Source: Anaerolineae bacterium
GTDB lineage: Bacteria > Chloroflexota > Anaerolineae > Promineifilales > Promineifilaceae
Length of the DNA stretch: 64,000 bases
NCBI GenBank assembly: GCA_030425205.1
Contig: JAUIAP010000016.1
Coordinates: 55,956 to 119,955, forward strand
Reading direction: 5' to 3'
The notes beneath the pieces were generated by a model that worked only from the letters and a program-made list of their open reading frames with translations, was not told where the DNA came from and did not search any database. Position 1 is the first letter of the stretch. Each line of letters opens with the position of its first letter. A program made the position numbers and the translations under genes. Below, one piece after another: positions 1 through 10,002 of the stretch.

Positions 1-31
1 CGTTCCACTCCTCTGGCTCGCGTTCGCGCTC

Positions 32-2185
32 ATGGTCGCCAGCGCATTACAGAAGAGTTCGACCGTTGACGAACAGAGTCATCTCTTTCGCGGCGCGGCC
101 TATCTCAAGGCAAACGCGACCCATTTCTTATTGGGGCATCCAATTGGCAACAGCGCACTCGCCGCGCTGCCCCTATTGACCGAGCCAGACCTGCAACTGC
201 CCACCGAAATTCCCGCATGGGAGACGGGAAATTGGTCGGTCGCTGGCGACTATTTTCTTTGGCGTATTGGCAACAATGCACAGCGGATCATCTTTTTGGG
301 TCGTTTGCCGATGATCTTTTGCACCTTGATTTTGGGCTGTTTTATCTTTCGCTGGGGGCGGCAACTTGGCAATATAGCGACGGGGTTGATTGCGGCCACA
401 TTGATCTTGTTCGACCCAAACATCCTCGCACATGGGCGGCTCATTTCGTCCGATGTGACGCTCACGCTGTTTTGGGCCGTGGCGGTCTATGGGTTTTGGC
501 GTTGGTCGCAGCATGGAAAGCGATCGGCCATTGTGTTGGCTGGGTTTGGCTTGGGCATGGCCAGTTTGATGAAATACAACGCGGCGTTTTTGTTGCCCAC
601 ACTAGCGATATTGGCGGGTTATGAGTGGTGGAAACGACGCACGCGCGCGCCCTTGCATGCGTTGACTGGCACAGTCGCGGTCGGCGGGTTGGTGATCTGG
701 GGGGTCAATCGCTTTGCGCTGACGCCCTTGCCCGGCGGCGCGTTTTGGGATGATCTGTTTTGGCAGATGCAGTATTTCGGCCGAAATACCGGCGGCTATC
801 TACTCGGAAACTACAATCCCGATGGCTCGCTGCTATACTTTCCGATCGCCTTCCTGATCAAAACCCCGATCCCGACCCTGCTCCTAATCGGCACGGCCAT
901 CTTATTCACCGTCAACCCATCATCCCGCGTCGCTCGTCCCCCATCCGTCGTTTATCTCCTCATCCCCGCCATGATCTTCTGCCTGACCGCCTTCACGGCT
1001 GGTTTCAACATCGGCATTCGGCACCTCTTGCCGCTCTATCCCTACCTGTATTTAGCACTTGCGCTAGCAATTTCACGTCTAAGATCGACGCAGTGGCGGA
1101 TTGCGACGACTAGCATGGTCGCGGGAACAGTATTGGTTGCTGTTTGGATCTTTCCCAACTACCTCGCCTACTTCAATCAATTGATTGGTGGACCAGAAAA
1201 TGGCTGGCGATACTTGGCCGATAGCAACGTCGATTGGGGGCAAGAGCTGCCCGCGTTGGCGCAATGGCAGCGCACACATGACGAGAAAACGCTCTATCTC
1301 AGCTACTTTGGCACAGCACACGCCGACGCATACGGCATTGAATTTGAGCCGATTCCCGCACCGATCATCACGCCCGACCCGCCGCCCACAGAACGGCAAG
1401 CGCACGACCCGCGACACCCACGACCGGGCTACTACGCCATCAGCATCAACAACTTGATCGGCTTTCCCATGCAAGATGGAGAGCGTGATATGTACGCCGC
1501 ATTTCGTGAGATGGAGCCAATCGCAAAAGTGGGCAACGCTATCTTTGTCTATGAGGTTGCGGCAACGGGTGCGCCCGTCTCTGTGGCGTTTGCTGGGACA
1601 CGGCCCGCGTTGTTGCCTGAGGCTGTCTACGCGCAATGGGGAACGAATGATGTGCGCGTGCGCTGGTTTGAAAATCCCGACGAGATGTTAGTCGTTCCGG
1701 CAGGGAATGCCGCCTACATTGTCTCCAGTCAGCCTGTTGGTGAAATCCTGCGTGAGTCTGTCGATTTGCGGGTGGAATTATCGGCCGAAAATTCCCACAT
1801 CTACGCAGTGACAGCCACACCATTCAATCAACAAACTACGCCAAAAGGGGAGACCGTTACATTCTTAGCCAGTCTACAAAACGACGCGCTTGGACACGAT
1901 CCTCTCACCGCATGGCGCGTTGAAGAGAGACTAGACGGGATGATCAAACATTTCGTACACGCGACCGACCCACAAACTGGCGAGATTCTTGCACAAGCGG
2001 ATGATGTGATGATCGATGCGTTTTCGACGCTTGAAGCGGGCGATCTCTATCTGCGACTGAGCAAGCTCAGTTTAGATGCCGATACATTCGCCGTGACAAC
2101 GGGGCTTTACGATGCGGCAACGGGCATCCGCCTTGCCGACCCTATTTTGCTCTACACAACCGAAACAATGCCGACAGAAGAGTAA
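32..2185 (+). CDS. GT-C superfamily glycosyltransferase (PMT/ArnT-like, GT39/GT83-type polyprenyl-phosphate-sugar dependent) with ~300-aa C-terminal soluble extension; may be 5'-truncated by window edge
   Basis: 717-aa ORF. N-terminal half is polytopic membrane protein with the loop pattern typical of ArnT/PMT family (..GHPIGNSALAALPLL.., multiple TM helices, RxxDxxLxxFW-like stretch); C-terminal 300 aa hydrophilic. Followed by hairpin terminator. Confidence 0.55.
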   Translation: MVASALQKSSTVDEQSHLFRGAAYLKANATHFLLGHPIGNSALAALPLLTEPDLQLPTEIPAWETGNWSVAGDYFLWRIGNNAQRIIFLGRLPMIFCTLILGCFIFRWGRQLGNIATGLIAATLILFDPNILAHGRLISSDVTLTLFWAVAVYGFWRWSQHGKRSAIVLAGFGLGMASLMKYNAAFLLPTLAILAGYEWWKRRTRAPLHALTGTVAVGGLVIWGVNRFALTPLPGGAFWDDLFWQMQYFGRNTGGYLLGNYNPDGSLLYFPIAFLIKTPIPTLLLIGTAILFTVNPSSRVARPPSVVYLLIPAMIFCLTAFTAGFNIGIRHLLPLYPYLYLALALAISRLRSTQWRIATTSMVAGTVLVAVWIFPNYLAYFNQLIGGPENGWRYLADSNVDWGQELPALAQWQRTHDEKTLYLSYFGTAHADAYGIEFEPIPAPIITPDPPPTERQAHDPRHPRPGYYAISINNLIGFPMQDGERDMYAAFREMEPIAKVGNAIFVYEVAATGAPVSVAFAGTRPALLPEAVYAQWGTNDVRVRWFENPDEMLVVPAGNAAYIVSSQPVGEILRESVDLRVELSAENSHIYAVTATPFNQQTTPKGETVTFLASLQNDALGHDPLTAWRVEERLDGMIKHFVHATDPQTGEILAQADDVMIDAFSTLEAGDLYLRLSKLSLDADTFAVTTGLYDAATGIRLADPILLYTTETMPTEE

Positions 2186-2287
2186 TAGTTTGCAAACAGT
2201 GGGCAATCGGCGGATGAGTTTCCCCTATACAATGTCGCCAACTTGCCGCGATCTGACTAAAATGTGAAGCGAAATTTCTACAAATAG

Positions 2288-2312
2288 AACTCCCGCAGGG
2301 GAGTTTATTTTT
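2288..2312 (+). terminator. Rho-independent terminator (GAACTCCC-GCAG-GGGAGTT + TATTTTT) downstream of GT-C gene
   Basis: Perfect 7-bp stem, 4-nt loop, immediately followed by T-run, placed between stop at 2185 and RBS (GAGGAAAGG) of next gene at 2327. Confidence 0.6.
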
Positions 2313-2326
2313 GCGAGGAAAGGTAA

Positions 2327-4075
2327 ATGCAACGAAGAACATTTCTGATCTTTGTGGGCATTCTGGTGTCCACACTCTCAGCTATCACGCTATTTCTCCA
2401 AACGCCTGTGTCGCAGGCCGAAAACGCCGTCTTTGCACTGGGCGCAAATGAGCGTATTAGCGTTGGGACAGACGGGATAGAAGCAAATAACGAATCGTAT
2501 CATCCATACGCATCGGCCGATGGTCGCTATATCGGCTTCATCTCGTTTGCCGACAACTTTGTGCCCGAAGCGGATGGCGTGACCAAGTGTTTGGAAGATT
2601 TTGTCTGCACTGACGTCTTTTTACGCGACCGCGTAGCCAACACGACGATTCGTCTGAGCAACAGCTTGGCGGGCAATCAAGCCAACAGCACCAGTTTCCC
2701 ACCCATTTTGACCGAAGATGGCAGCAAGGTGCTGTTTAACTCTGTCGCCGATAACATGGTGCCGGGCGACACGAACGATGACGGCGACTTCTACGGGAGC
2801 GATGGCTTTCTCTGGGAACCGGGCAAAAATCTTGTGCGCGTCACCCACAAGGCGAGCGGCGCACAGATCAAGGGTGACAGCTCTGCCTACATCACGGGCG
2901 ATGGCAATACGATGTATTTTCTCTCAAACGGCCAAGACATCGTGCCGAACGTGCTCGTCGATGCGAACGAGGTGTATAAACGCGATATAACGACGGGCGC
3001 CGTGACCCATGTGCCAATGTCATACAATGGCGAGCCAGTAGATGGCGCACATCTCGGCATTCAAACAGACCGCACGGGTCGCTACATCGTTTTCACGACT
3101 GAGGCAACAAATATCTTGCCAAACGACATCAATGGCAAAGAAGATGTCTACATCCACGACATTCAAACGGGGATTACCAAACTGGTTAGCCACACGCCAA
3201 CCGGCTTTGTCGGGAATAACCATAGCTCTGCTCCCGCTATCACGCTGGATGGCACGTTTGTTGCCTTCCGTTCCTCCGCGAGCGATCTCGTGCCAAACGA
3301 TACGAACGGTGTGGGGGACATCTTTCTCTACAACATTGCAACGGAAGAAGTGACGCGAGTTAGCGTTTCGGCCGATGGCGAACAAGGGAACGGCGAAAGC
3401 AAAGATGCGACGACTTGTGCGGGTGCAAAATTTGTCGCGTTCACATCAGAAGCGACCAATCTCACGCCCAACGCCCCCAACGGCATCCGTCAGGTCTACA
3501 TCAAACATCTCGCGTCAGGGGTCGTCGATGTCGTCTCACAAACGGAAACAGGCGTTTTGGGCAATGGAACATCGTACAAATCCTATTTCATGCCATATTG
3601 CGATGGGATTATGTTTGCGACCGACAGTAGCAATCTGATCAACAACGACGGGAATGGGGTGCGCGATCTCTACTTGCGCCCGATTATAATTTTGCCTGAT
3701 CTCTCGACATCGCAGCAGATGGGACGCGGATCGGCCGATGCGGGTGATCTTTTAACTTATACTATCCACATCGCCAATACGGGCGGTCAATCCGTCGGTT
3801 TTAACTACAGCGCGACGTTGCCTGTCAGCGTGACACACGTCAGCACAAGCGGCGCGGTCTACAATGGCACAACCAGCAGCGTCAGCGCAGCTGGCACGCT
3901 TGCGGCCGGTGGAACCCAGCAGATCACTATCGTCGTCCAGATCGACGCGGCCATCGTTGACCCGACAATCATCACGTTCAACGGACAGCTCAGCGGCGGT
4001 AGCCAACTGTTCAACTACAGCACCTCAACAATGGTGAATGGATTAGAGCTATTCTTACCCGTTATGCGACGATGA
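2327..4075 (+). CDS. secreted protein with TolB-like/WD40-like beta-propeller repeats and C-terminal DUF11-type repeat domain
   Basis: N-terminal signal peptide (MQRRTFLIFVGILVSTLSAITLFLQTPVSQA); repeated ...GxxxSxxPxISADGRYIAFxSxAxNLVPxDTN... blocks typical of TolB-like propeller blades (6-7 copies); C-terminal segment DLLTYTIHIANTGGQSVGFNYSATLP resembles DUF11 conserved repeat. Confidence 0.55.
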   Translation: MQRRTFLIFVGILVSTLSAITLFLQTPVSQAENAVFALGANERISVGTDGIEANNESYHPYASADGRYIGFISFADNFVPEADGVTKCLEDFVCTDVFLRDRVANTTIRLSNSLAGNQANSTSFPPILTEDGSKVLFNSVADNMVPGDTNDDGDFYGSDGFLWEPGKNLVRVTHKASGAQIKGDSSAYITGDGNTMYFLSNGQDIVPNVLVDANEVYKRDITTGAVTHVPMSYNGEPVDGAHLGIQTDRTGRYIVFTTEATNILPNDINGKEDVYIHDIQTGITKLVSHTPTGFVGNNHSSAPAITLDGTFVAFRSSASDLVPNDTNGVGDIFLYNIATEEVTRVSVSADGEQGNGESKDATTCAGAKFVAFTSEATNLTPNAPNGIRQVYIKHLASGVVDVVSQTETGVLGNGTSYKSYFMPYCDGIMFATDSSNLINNDGNGVRDLYLRPIIILPDLSTSQQMGRGSADAGDLLTYTIHIANTGGQSVGFNYSATLPVSVTHVSTSGAVYNGTTSSVSAAGTLAAGGTQQITIVVQIDAAIVDPTIITFNGQLSGGSQLFNYSTSTMVNGLELFLPVMRR

Positions 4076-4184
4076 CTCGACAACCCTCACTCCCCCTCAG
4101 CCAATGGCGCGAGGGGGAACGCTCATGCGCTATCATCCCAGAACGCAACAGTTCACTCTCAGAAAAAATTGTTGGCATGTAACG

Positions 4185-4290
4185 TGGAGACGTGGTGCGT
4201 GGTGCGTGGTGCGCGATGAGCACAGATCACGCATTACGCACCACGCACCACACCCTACAAACCACACAAATTCTCAAAGATTCACCCTTG
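4185..4290. repeat. intergenic hairpin repeat, copy 1 of (GTGGTGCGT)n family
   Basis: acgtggtgcgtggtgcgtggtgcgcgatg ... loop ... attacgcaccacgcaccacac, followed by conserved tail ..aaattctcaaagattcaccc; same architecture recurs at 24245, 26135, 52678, 54472. Confidence 0.7.
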
Positions 4291-4315
4291 TACACAGCGC
4301 ATCGGGGGTGCAGGT

Positions 4316-5584
4316 TTGCTAAACCGGATTGTCGCCCAACGTGATAGCCTTGCCTTCCTCATCGCCACGACATTGGCCTATGGATTGGACTATCTGTTTA
4401 ACGTCGTCAGCGGTCGCTGGCTGGGTAATGAACAGTTCGGCACGCTCGTCGCGTTGGCGGGGGTCGGACAGATTCTCGTCGTCGGCTCGCGCGTCATCCA
4501 GACTGTAACGACCCGCTACATCTCCCGTTTTCGCGCCGATACGCACGAGGAGAAGGTGCGCCCATTTATCACGGCGGCCCTGCGCGTGGGCATCTGGGGC
4601 GGGTTGGGGATCACCGTTTTATTGTGTCTGTTAGCCTTTCCATTGGCACGATTTTTGCGAATCGAGGATATGTGGGCTGTTTTTGCGCTGTTGGGCGGGG
4701 TGGGGCTGATGGTGGTTCGGCCGATTATCGGCGGAACGCTGCAAGGTCAGCAACGCTTTCTCCCGCTCGGCATCATTCAAATTATTCAGGCATCCATCCG
4801 TCTCCTAGCTGGCGCACTCTTAATTCTCGCGGGTTGGGGCGCATTTGGCGCGATGATCGCCCTGCCGATTGCCAGTCTGATTGCGCTCGTTTATGGCGCG
4901 TGGCTCCTGCGCGATCTGCTCGGCGGCACCAGCACTGTTTCCAATACCACCCCACTGCGCGAACTCGCCCACTACTCTGGCTACACGGCGGCGGGGCTGA
5001 TCGGATTCGCGCTGCTCATCAACATGGACGCCATTCTCGTCAAACGTTTCTTCGACGCGGACACGGCAGGCGTTTACGGTGCGGCCGTCACGTTGGGCAA
5101 AGTGGTGCAATTTTTTCCCGTTGCCATCATCATGGTCTTGTTTCCAAAAGCTGCCCATCGGCAGGCGACTAAACGCAACCCTGCCGCCGTTCTACCCCCT
5201 GCATTCGCCCTCATTACGGCAGTCTGTCTCGGTGTCTCGATTCTTTACTTCGCCTTTCCCGATCTACTGGTCGGCACAATCTTTGGCGACAAATTTGAGA
5301 TCAGCGGGCGGACACTTGGCACGCTTGGCCTTGCCATGTGGTTGCTTTCGCTCACAAACGTCTGGCTCAACTACTTTCTGTCGCTCAATCGCGTGCGTAT
5401 CGTCTATCTCATCTGGACGGGTGTCATCACGCAATACATCGCCTTCAACATCTGGCACGATCAGCTTTGGCATCTACCGACCGTCATGGCAATCAATGCG
5501 TTGTGGCTGACCGTTGCTGGTGCAATTCTATTTGTGCGATCAAGCAGGGAAGTCACTTCATTGCAAGAAACCCATGCACCCTAA
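4316..5584 (+). CDS. polysaccharide biosynthesis protein / oligosaccharide flippase (Wzx-like, MOP superfamily); TTG start
   Basis: 422 aa, ~12 predicted TM helices, N-terminal conserved stretch (..YGLDYLFNVVSGRWLGNEQFGTLVALAGVGQILVV..) characteristic of Wzx/PST family. ORF begins with TTG at 4316 preceded by GGGGG. Confidence 0.6.
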   Translation: MLNRIVAQRDSLAFLIATTLAYGLDYLFNVVSGRWLGNEQFGTLVALAGVGQILVVGSRVIQTVTTRYISRFRADTHEEKVRPFITAALRVGIWGGLGITVLLCLLAFPLARFLRIEDMWAVFALLGGVGLMVVRPIIGGTLQGQQRFLPLGIIQIIQASIRLLAGALLILAGWGAFGAMIALPIASLIALVYGAWLLRDLLGGTSTVSNTTPLRELAHYSGYTAAGLIGFALLINMDAILVKRFFDADTAGVYGAAVTLGKVVQFFPVAIIMVLFPKAAHRQATKRNPAAVLPPAFALITAVCLGVSILYFAFPDLLVGTIFGDKFEISGRTLGTLGLAMWLLSLTNVWLNYFLSLNRVRIVYLIWTGVITQYIAFNIWHDQLWHLPTVMAINALWLTVAGAILFVRSSREVTSLQETHAP

Positions 5585-6239
5585 ATTACTCTACTTCCGC
5601 CACAAACTGTTTCGCTATCGGCAAGTTGAACAAGACATTGCCCAACGACAGACATCGCTTTTGGACATTGGTTGCGGGGATGGCGAAAATATGCTGCGCT
5701 TTCAACAGGCGTCGCTTGAAAAAGTGGGGATTGAAGTGTCGTTTAGTCGGTTACAGACTGCCCAACGGCAGGGACTGGTCGTGCAGCAAGCGAGCGGAAC
5801 GGCGTTGCCATTTGCCGATGACAGCTTCGATATGCTCTACATCGCGCATGTGTTGCACCATGTTGCTGAATTCGACACGGTGCTGCGCGAAATTGAGCGC
5901 GTGGTTGTTGAGAATGGCGTGGTCTTCGTGGTGGAAACAGTGACCGATCACCCGCTGCTGCGTCTGGCGCGTTGGTTGCATCCCGTCTGGCAAGGGGATG
6001 AGGTCGAGGCAAATTGGCGTTACAGTCAGCTTTATGAGATGCTGACCGCACATAACTTTCGCGTCGAGCGCACAGAACGCTACAATGTACTCTTCTTTCT
6101 GTGGGAGATGTTACCGCTGGCATTTTGGCCGTTTGAAATTTTCACACCGCTGTTTGTTTATCTCGACCTATTCTTCGCTCGTTTCGCTCAGCGGTATTCA
6201 GCTCACTGCTATTTTGTTTTACGACGCACAAACACATGA
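5574..6239 (+). CDS. class I SAM-dependent methyltransferase (Methyltransf_11-like)
   Basis: Motif I LDIGCGDGENML, motif post-I, acidic motif (FADDSFDMLYIAHVLHHV). ORF track starts at 5514 but that overlaps flippase by 70 nt; internal ATG at 5574 (MHPKLLYF..) chosen. Stop TGA overlaps next start (ATGA at 6236-6239). Confidence 0.7.
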   Translation: MHPKLLYFRHKLFRYRQVEQDIAQRQTSLLDIGCGDGENMLRFQQASLEKVGIEVSFSRLQTAQRQGLVVQQASGTALPFADDSFDMLYIAHVLHHVAEFDTVLREIERVVVENGVVFVVETVTDHPLLRLARWLHPVWQGDEVEANWRYSQLYEMLTAHNFRVERTERYNVLFFLWEMLPLAFWPFEIFTPLFVYLDLFFARFAQRYSAHCYFVLRRTNT

Positions 6240-7915
6240 CCAAAATTGTACTCATTGCGCTGGATGGCGCGACATTGGATTTACTAAAACCGTGGATGGA
6301 CGCGGGTGAACTACCATTGCTGGCGCAAATCTTCGCAGAAGGTGCAGGCGGCACGCTCAACAGCACCATCCCATGGGCAACGCCAACCGCATTTGCATCG
6401 CTGGCAACCGGCACAAATCCGGGCAAACACGGCGTCTACGACTTTGGGACGCTGATTGGCGATGACTATACGGCGTTTGTGCCAACCAGTGGCGGAGATG
6501 TGCACGGTCGAACGTTGTGGGAACGGCTGTCCGACGCGGGGATCAGCTCGGCCGTCATCAACATGCCCATGACCTATCCCGCCCCAGCCATCGAAGGCAG
6601 TGTCATCGCGGGAATTCCCTACCCCAGCGGCAGCCCACAACTCTGTCATCCCCCTCATTTGCTAGATCGCCTTCAGCAAGAAGGCTGGGATTTGGCGCGC
6701 AATGCGTCTGATGATTTGGGCGGTAGTTATGCGGCGTATCTTGACGGACTGCTCGACCTTGTGCGCGTGCGGGGTGAGGCCACGGCGTGGTTGATCGCGC
6801 AAGATAATCCTGACTTTGTCGCCGTCCATTTTTTGGAAACAGATCAGGCACAACATCGCTTCTGGCAATTCATGGCGGGCGAGCCACGCTATGAACATGG
6901 CGGCGAATATACCGATGCGATTTTGCGCGTTTTCCAGCAAACGGAGTCGGCGATGCAGCAGATTATCAACGCAGCGGGGGAAGACGCGCTGATCTGTGTC
7001 ATGTCGGATCATGGATTTGGCGCCACCCGTCATCAAGTTTGGCTCAACAATTGGCTGTTGCAGAATGACTTTCTCGCGCTCAAGTCAAACATGGGCGTGC
7101 GTGTCAAACAACTGCTCTATCGGGCGGGATTGTCGCCAGCGGCGATTCGGGAGATGGCTCCCGAGCGACTCAAATTGGCGATCTTGCAGTTTTTTGAACA
7201 ACAAAAGGGGCGTGCGCTGGCGAGTCAGACGGAAGGGGGGGATGCGCCCGTCAAGCGCAAAGGGGTGATGGACTGGCTGACAGAACGCTTGGCAATCGAT
7301 TTTTATGATGTCGATTGGGCGCGGACAGTCGCATTTTCGACGGGGACAACGGCGGTGGGATATGTCTATTTGAACGTCGCTGGGCGCGATCCGCAGGGGG
7401 TGGTGAGCAGTCAGCAATATGCTGTGAAGAGGCAGCAGATTGCCGAAAAGTTGCGCGATTGGGAAGCGGTTGGGGAAGTGCTTTTGCGGGAAGAGGTGTG
7501 GAAGGGTTCGCAGTTGGAGCTTGCGCCCGATTTGGTGATTCGATGGGCAGCGGACACGACGGATGCACGTTATTTCCAGACGCGCTTTAGTAGTCATCAT
7601 CTGATGAAAGCGGTGCCAAATGATTATGCAAGCCATCGGCCGAATGGTCTGTTCGCCTTTTATGGCAACGGGGTCAAAACGGGAATGCTCAACGCTGAAC
7701 TGGTCGATTTGACGGCGACGCTGTTGTGGCTGTTCAAACAGCCTGTGCCGAGCGTGCTGGATGGACGGGTGTTGACCGACTGTTTTGTGGCCGAGCGCGC
7801 AGTTTTGGTTGTGGAAGAGGCGGAAGATTCGGCCGAAAAAAGCACAGGCGGATTTTCGGCCGATGATGACGCCTCTCTCAAAGAGGCGTTGCGGCGACTA
7901 GGCTATTTAGAGTAG
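6236..7915 (+). CDS. alkaline-phosphatase superfamily protein, type I phosphodiesterase / nucleotide pyrophosphatase (NPP) family
   Basis: N-terminal ..IVLIALDGATLDLL.. and ..IPWATPTAFASLATGTNPGKHGVYDF.. match the metal-binding/nucleophile region (TxPT..TG) of PF01663-type enzymes; C-terminal ..MSDHGFG.. His/Asp metal site. ATGA overlap with upstream methyltransferase indicates translational coupling. Confidence 0.65.
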   Translation: MTKIVLIALDGATLDLLKPWMDAGELPLLAQIFAEGAGGTLNSTIPWATPTAFASLATGTNPGKHGVYDFGTLIGDDYTAFVPTSGGDVHGRTLWERLSDAGISSAVINMPMTYPAPAIEGSVIAGIPYPSGSPQLCHPPHLLDRLQQEGWDLARNASDDLGGSYAAYLDGLLDLVRVRGEATAWLIAQDNPDFVAVHFLETDQAQHRFWQFMAGEPRYEHGGEYTDAILRVFQQTESAMQQIINAAGEDALICVMSDHGFGATRHQVWLNNWLLQNDFLALKSNMGVRVKQLLYRAGLSPAAIREMAPERLKLAILQFFEQQKGRALASQTEGGDAPVKRKGVMDWLTERLAIDFYDVDWARTVAFSTGTTAVGYVYLNVAGRDPQGVVSSQQYAVKRQQIAEKLRDWEAVGEVLLREEVWKGSQLELAPDLVIRWAADTTDARYFQTRFSSHHLMKAVPNDYASHRPNGLFAFYGNGVKTGMLNAELVDLTATLLWLFKQPVPSVLDGRVLTDCFVAERAVLVVEEAEDSAEKSTGGFSADDDASLKEALRRLGYLE

Positions 7916-7918
7916 ATA

Positions 7919-9868
7919 ATGCCCCAGCTCACCATTATCATCCCCACGATGAACGAAGCGGACAATATCGTGCCGCTCGTCACACGTTTGGCAGCCGCTG
8001 TTGCAGAGATCGACGCAGAGATTTTATTTGTCGATGATAGCAGCGATAAAACGCCCGACGTGATCGCAAGCGTGGCGGCAACGGCGGCGTTGCCTGTGCG
8101 CTGTATACATCGGCCGAAATCGCAACGGGACGGACTAAGTGGGGCGGTCGTTGTGGGGTTACGCGCCAGCACGGGTGATTATGTCTGCGTGATGGATGGG
8201 GATTTACAGCATCCGCCGAACGTCGTGCCGATTTTGCTGGAGCGAGCGGTGTTGAGTTCGGCCGATATTGTCGTCGCCAGCCGCCAGGCAAACCGCATTG
8301 GCCCCGTCGGGTTGCCACTGCCGCGCGCGCTCATCTCAAACACGCTCACCTTAATTGCGCGCTCCTGCTTCCCGCGCTCGCTCAAAGATGTTTCCGACCC
8401 GTTGACCGGCTTTTTCCTCGTGCGGCGGGCGGCCTTAGATATCGATCGCCTGCATCCCGACGGCTTCAAAATCCTGCTCGAAATTTTGGTGCGCCATCCC
8501 GATTTACGGGCGGGCGAACTGCTGTTTGACTTTGCGCTGCGTCATGCGGGCAGCAGCAAGGCAGATTTTCGCGAGGGGATGCGTTTCTTCCGCCATGTTT
8601 TGCGCCTGCGCACCACCGTTCACACCCGCCCGTTGTTGCGGTATGTGAGCGTCGTTTTTGCAGCCGCAATGGTCAAAGTGTTGGCGTTGTCGTTTTTGGC
8701 GCGGCGTAATTGGCGGCAAATCGTCGCTGTCTTTAGCGGTGCAATGGTTGGCGACTTTGTGGGTTGGGTTGGCAACCGAACCGTCGTTTTCCCCGATGAA
8801 AAATGGCGCACATTGCGGCGATTTTTGCGCGCCAGCACGCTCTTTAATGCGCTGGTATTTACCCCTGTCTTCGCCCTATTGCAGCGCATTCCCGCGCTGC
8901 GAACACGCCGACAAATCTCGGCGGCCCTGTCGATTGGCATCACGGGCTTTGTGCGCTATCTACTATCCGATCGCTGGATTGGCGCGAGTGGCTTGATGTC
9001 AGCCGAAGCGGTCAAAACGACCTATAGCATCCACGATAAGCTCGTCATTCAATCGCCTGTGCCGCTGCCCGATCTCGCCTACTTCCAGAGTGCGGCGCGC
9101 GAAATGACGGCCGACATCGTAATTCGCGTGGATCGGCATGGGACGCCGCGCAAGTTCGAGGATGGCGTTAGTTTTGATGACGGCATCGGCCGATTTGGGT
9201 TCGCATTCACCATCACCCCCGCAAAACAGATCGAAGTCGTTATTTCGCCCATTATCGCGCAGGCGCCACACGTTTTGTATGTCAACATCGTCGAGCCACT
9301 GTTGCGATACGCGGCGTTGCGCAAGGGGTTTGTCTTTGTTCAAGCTGGCGCGTACACGGATGGGCATGGTGCAGTTCTGGTGAGCAAGTCGGGGCGCAAC
9401 GCATCGGCGGCGGCGACGTTTGAGATATTGGGCAAGAATCCAGCAGCGCGTTATTTGGCCCATGATTCTGTGTTAATTGCGGCCGATGGGACGGTCTTTG
9501 CCTTTCCACATGCGCTGACAACGACGAAACTGCTCGAATCATCATGGCAGCGACGGCTGGGCGCATGGATGCGAAAACGACGCTCCTTGCCCGCGGCGAC
9601 GTTTAACGCCTATGTGCAGCGACTCTTTCCCCCGCTCCAGACGCCTGTCGAACAGGTCGCAACAATCGTTTCGTCCGCGCCACTCGTTGGGTATGCAGGG
9701 GCAGAAAACGACGCGGCCACCATTGCAAAAACAGTGCTACAAAATTCGGCCGATCCGCTCGGTTTCCCGCTCTTTTCGATGCTCGCCGACTACGAAGCCA
9801 CCGTGAACGATCACGACTTAGTTGCGGCAGAATGCGAACGATTAACACTTGCCTTGCAAAAGGCATAA
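7919..9868 (+). CDS. family 2 glycosyltransferase (Dpm1/polyprenyl-phosphate hexose synthase-like) fused to GtrA-like TM segment and ~300-aa C-terminal domain of unknown function
   Basis: N-terminus IIIPTMNEADNIVPLV..FVDDSSDKTPDV..VVASRQA.. = GT2 DXD/ED motifs typical of dolichyl/polyprenyl-phosphate mannose/glucose synthases; residues ~230-340 hydrophobic (4 TM); remaining 300 aa soluble, no recognisable motif. Start 4 nt after upstream stop. Confidence 0.6.
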   Translation: MPQLTIIIPTMNEADNIVPLVTRLAAAVAEIDAEILFVDDSSDKTPDVIASVAATAALPVRCIHRPKSQRDGLSGAVVVGLRASTGDYVCVMDGDLQHPPNVVPILLERAVLSSADIVVASRQANRIGPVGLPLPRALISNTLTLIARSCFPRSLKDVSDPLTGFFLVRRAALDIDRLHPDGFKILLEILVRHPDLRAGELLFDFALRHAGSSKADFREGMRFFRHVLRLRTTVHTRPLLRYVSVVFAAAMVKVLALSFLARRNWRQIVAVFSGAMVGDFVGWVGNRTVVFPDEKWRTLRRFLRASTLFNALVFTPVFALLQRIPALRTRRQISAALSIGITGFVRYLLSDRWIGASGLMSAEAVKTTYSIHDKLVIQSPVPLPDLAYFQSAAREMTADIVIRVDRHGTPRKFEDGVSFDDGIGRFGFAFTITPAKQIEVVISPIIAQAPHVLYVNIVEPLLRYAALRKGFVFVQAGAYTDGHGAVLVSKSGRNASAAATFEILGKNPAARYLAHDSVLIAADGTVFAFPHALTTTKLLESSWQRRLGAWMRKRRSLPAATFNAYVQRLFPPLQTPVEQVATIVSSAPLVGYAGAENDAATIAKTVLQNSADPLGFPLFSMLADYEATVNDHDLVAAECERLTLALQKA

Positions 9869-10002
9869 AAAAGTCACACCTTTTCACCCACCTTAAGCAA
9901 TCCTGTATACTGTAGTAGAATGTTGCTGTCTAGCACTTTGATCAGCCATAATATACGACAATGATTTAGGGTTTTTCCAGTACAAATAGAGGACATACGT
10001 GC

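Noticed and set aside
4185-4290. Possible CRISPR array suggested by repeated GTGGTGCGT units
   Set aside because: Units are 9 bp with no unique spacers of regular length; they form hairpin arms, not repeat-spacer arrays; no cas genes.
5514-5573. Longer N-terminal extension of the methyltransferase ORF
   Set aside because: Would overlap flippase CDS by 70 nt in another frame; internal ATG at 5574 gives the conventional MTase N-terminus.
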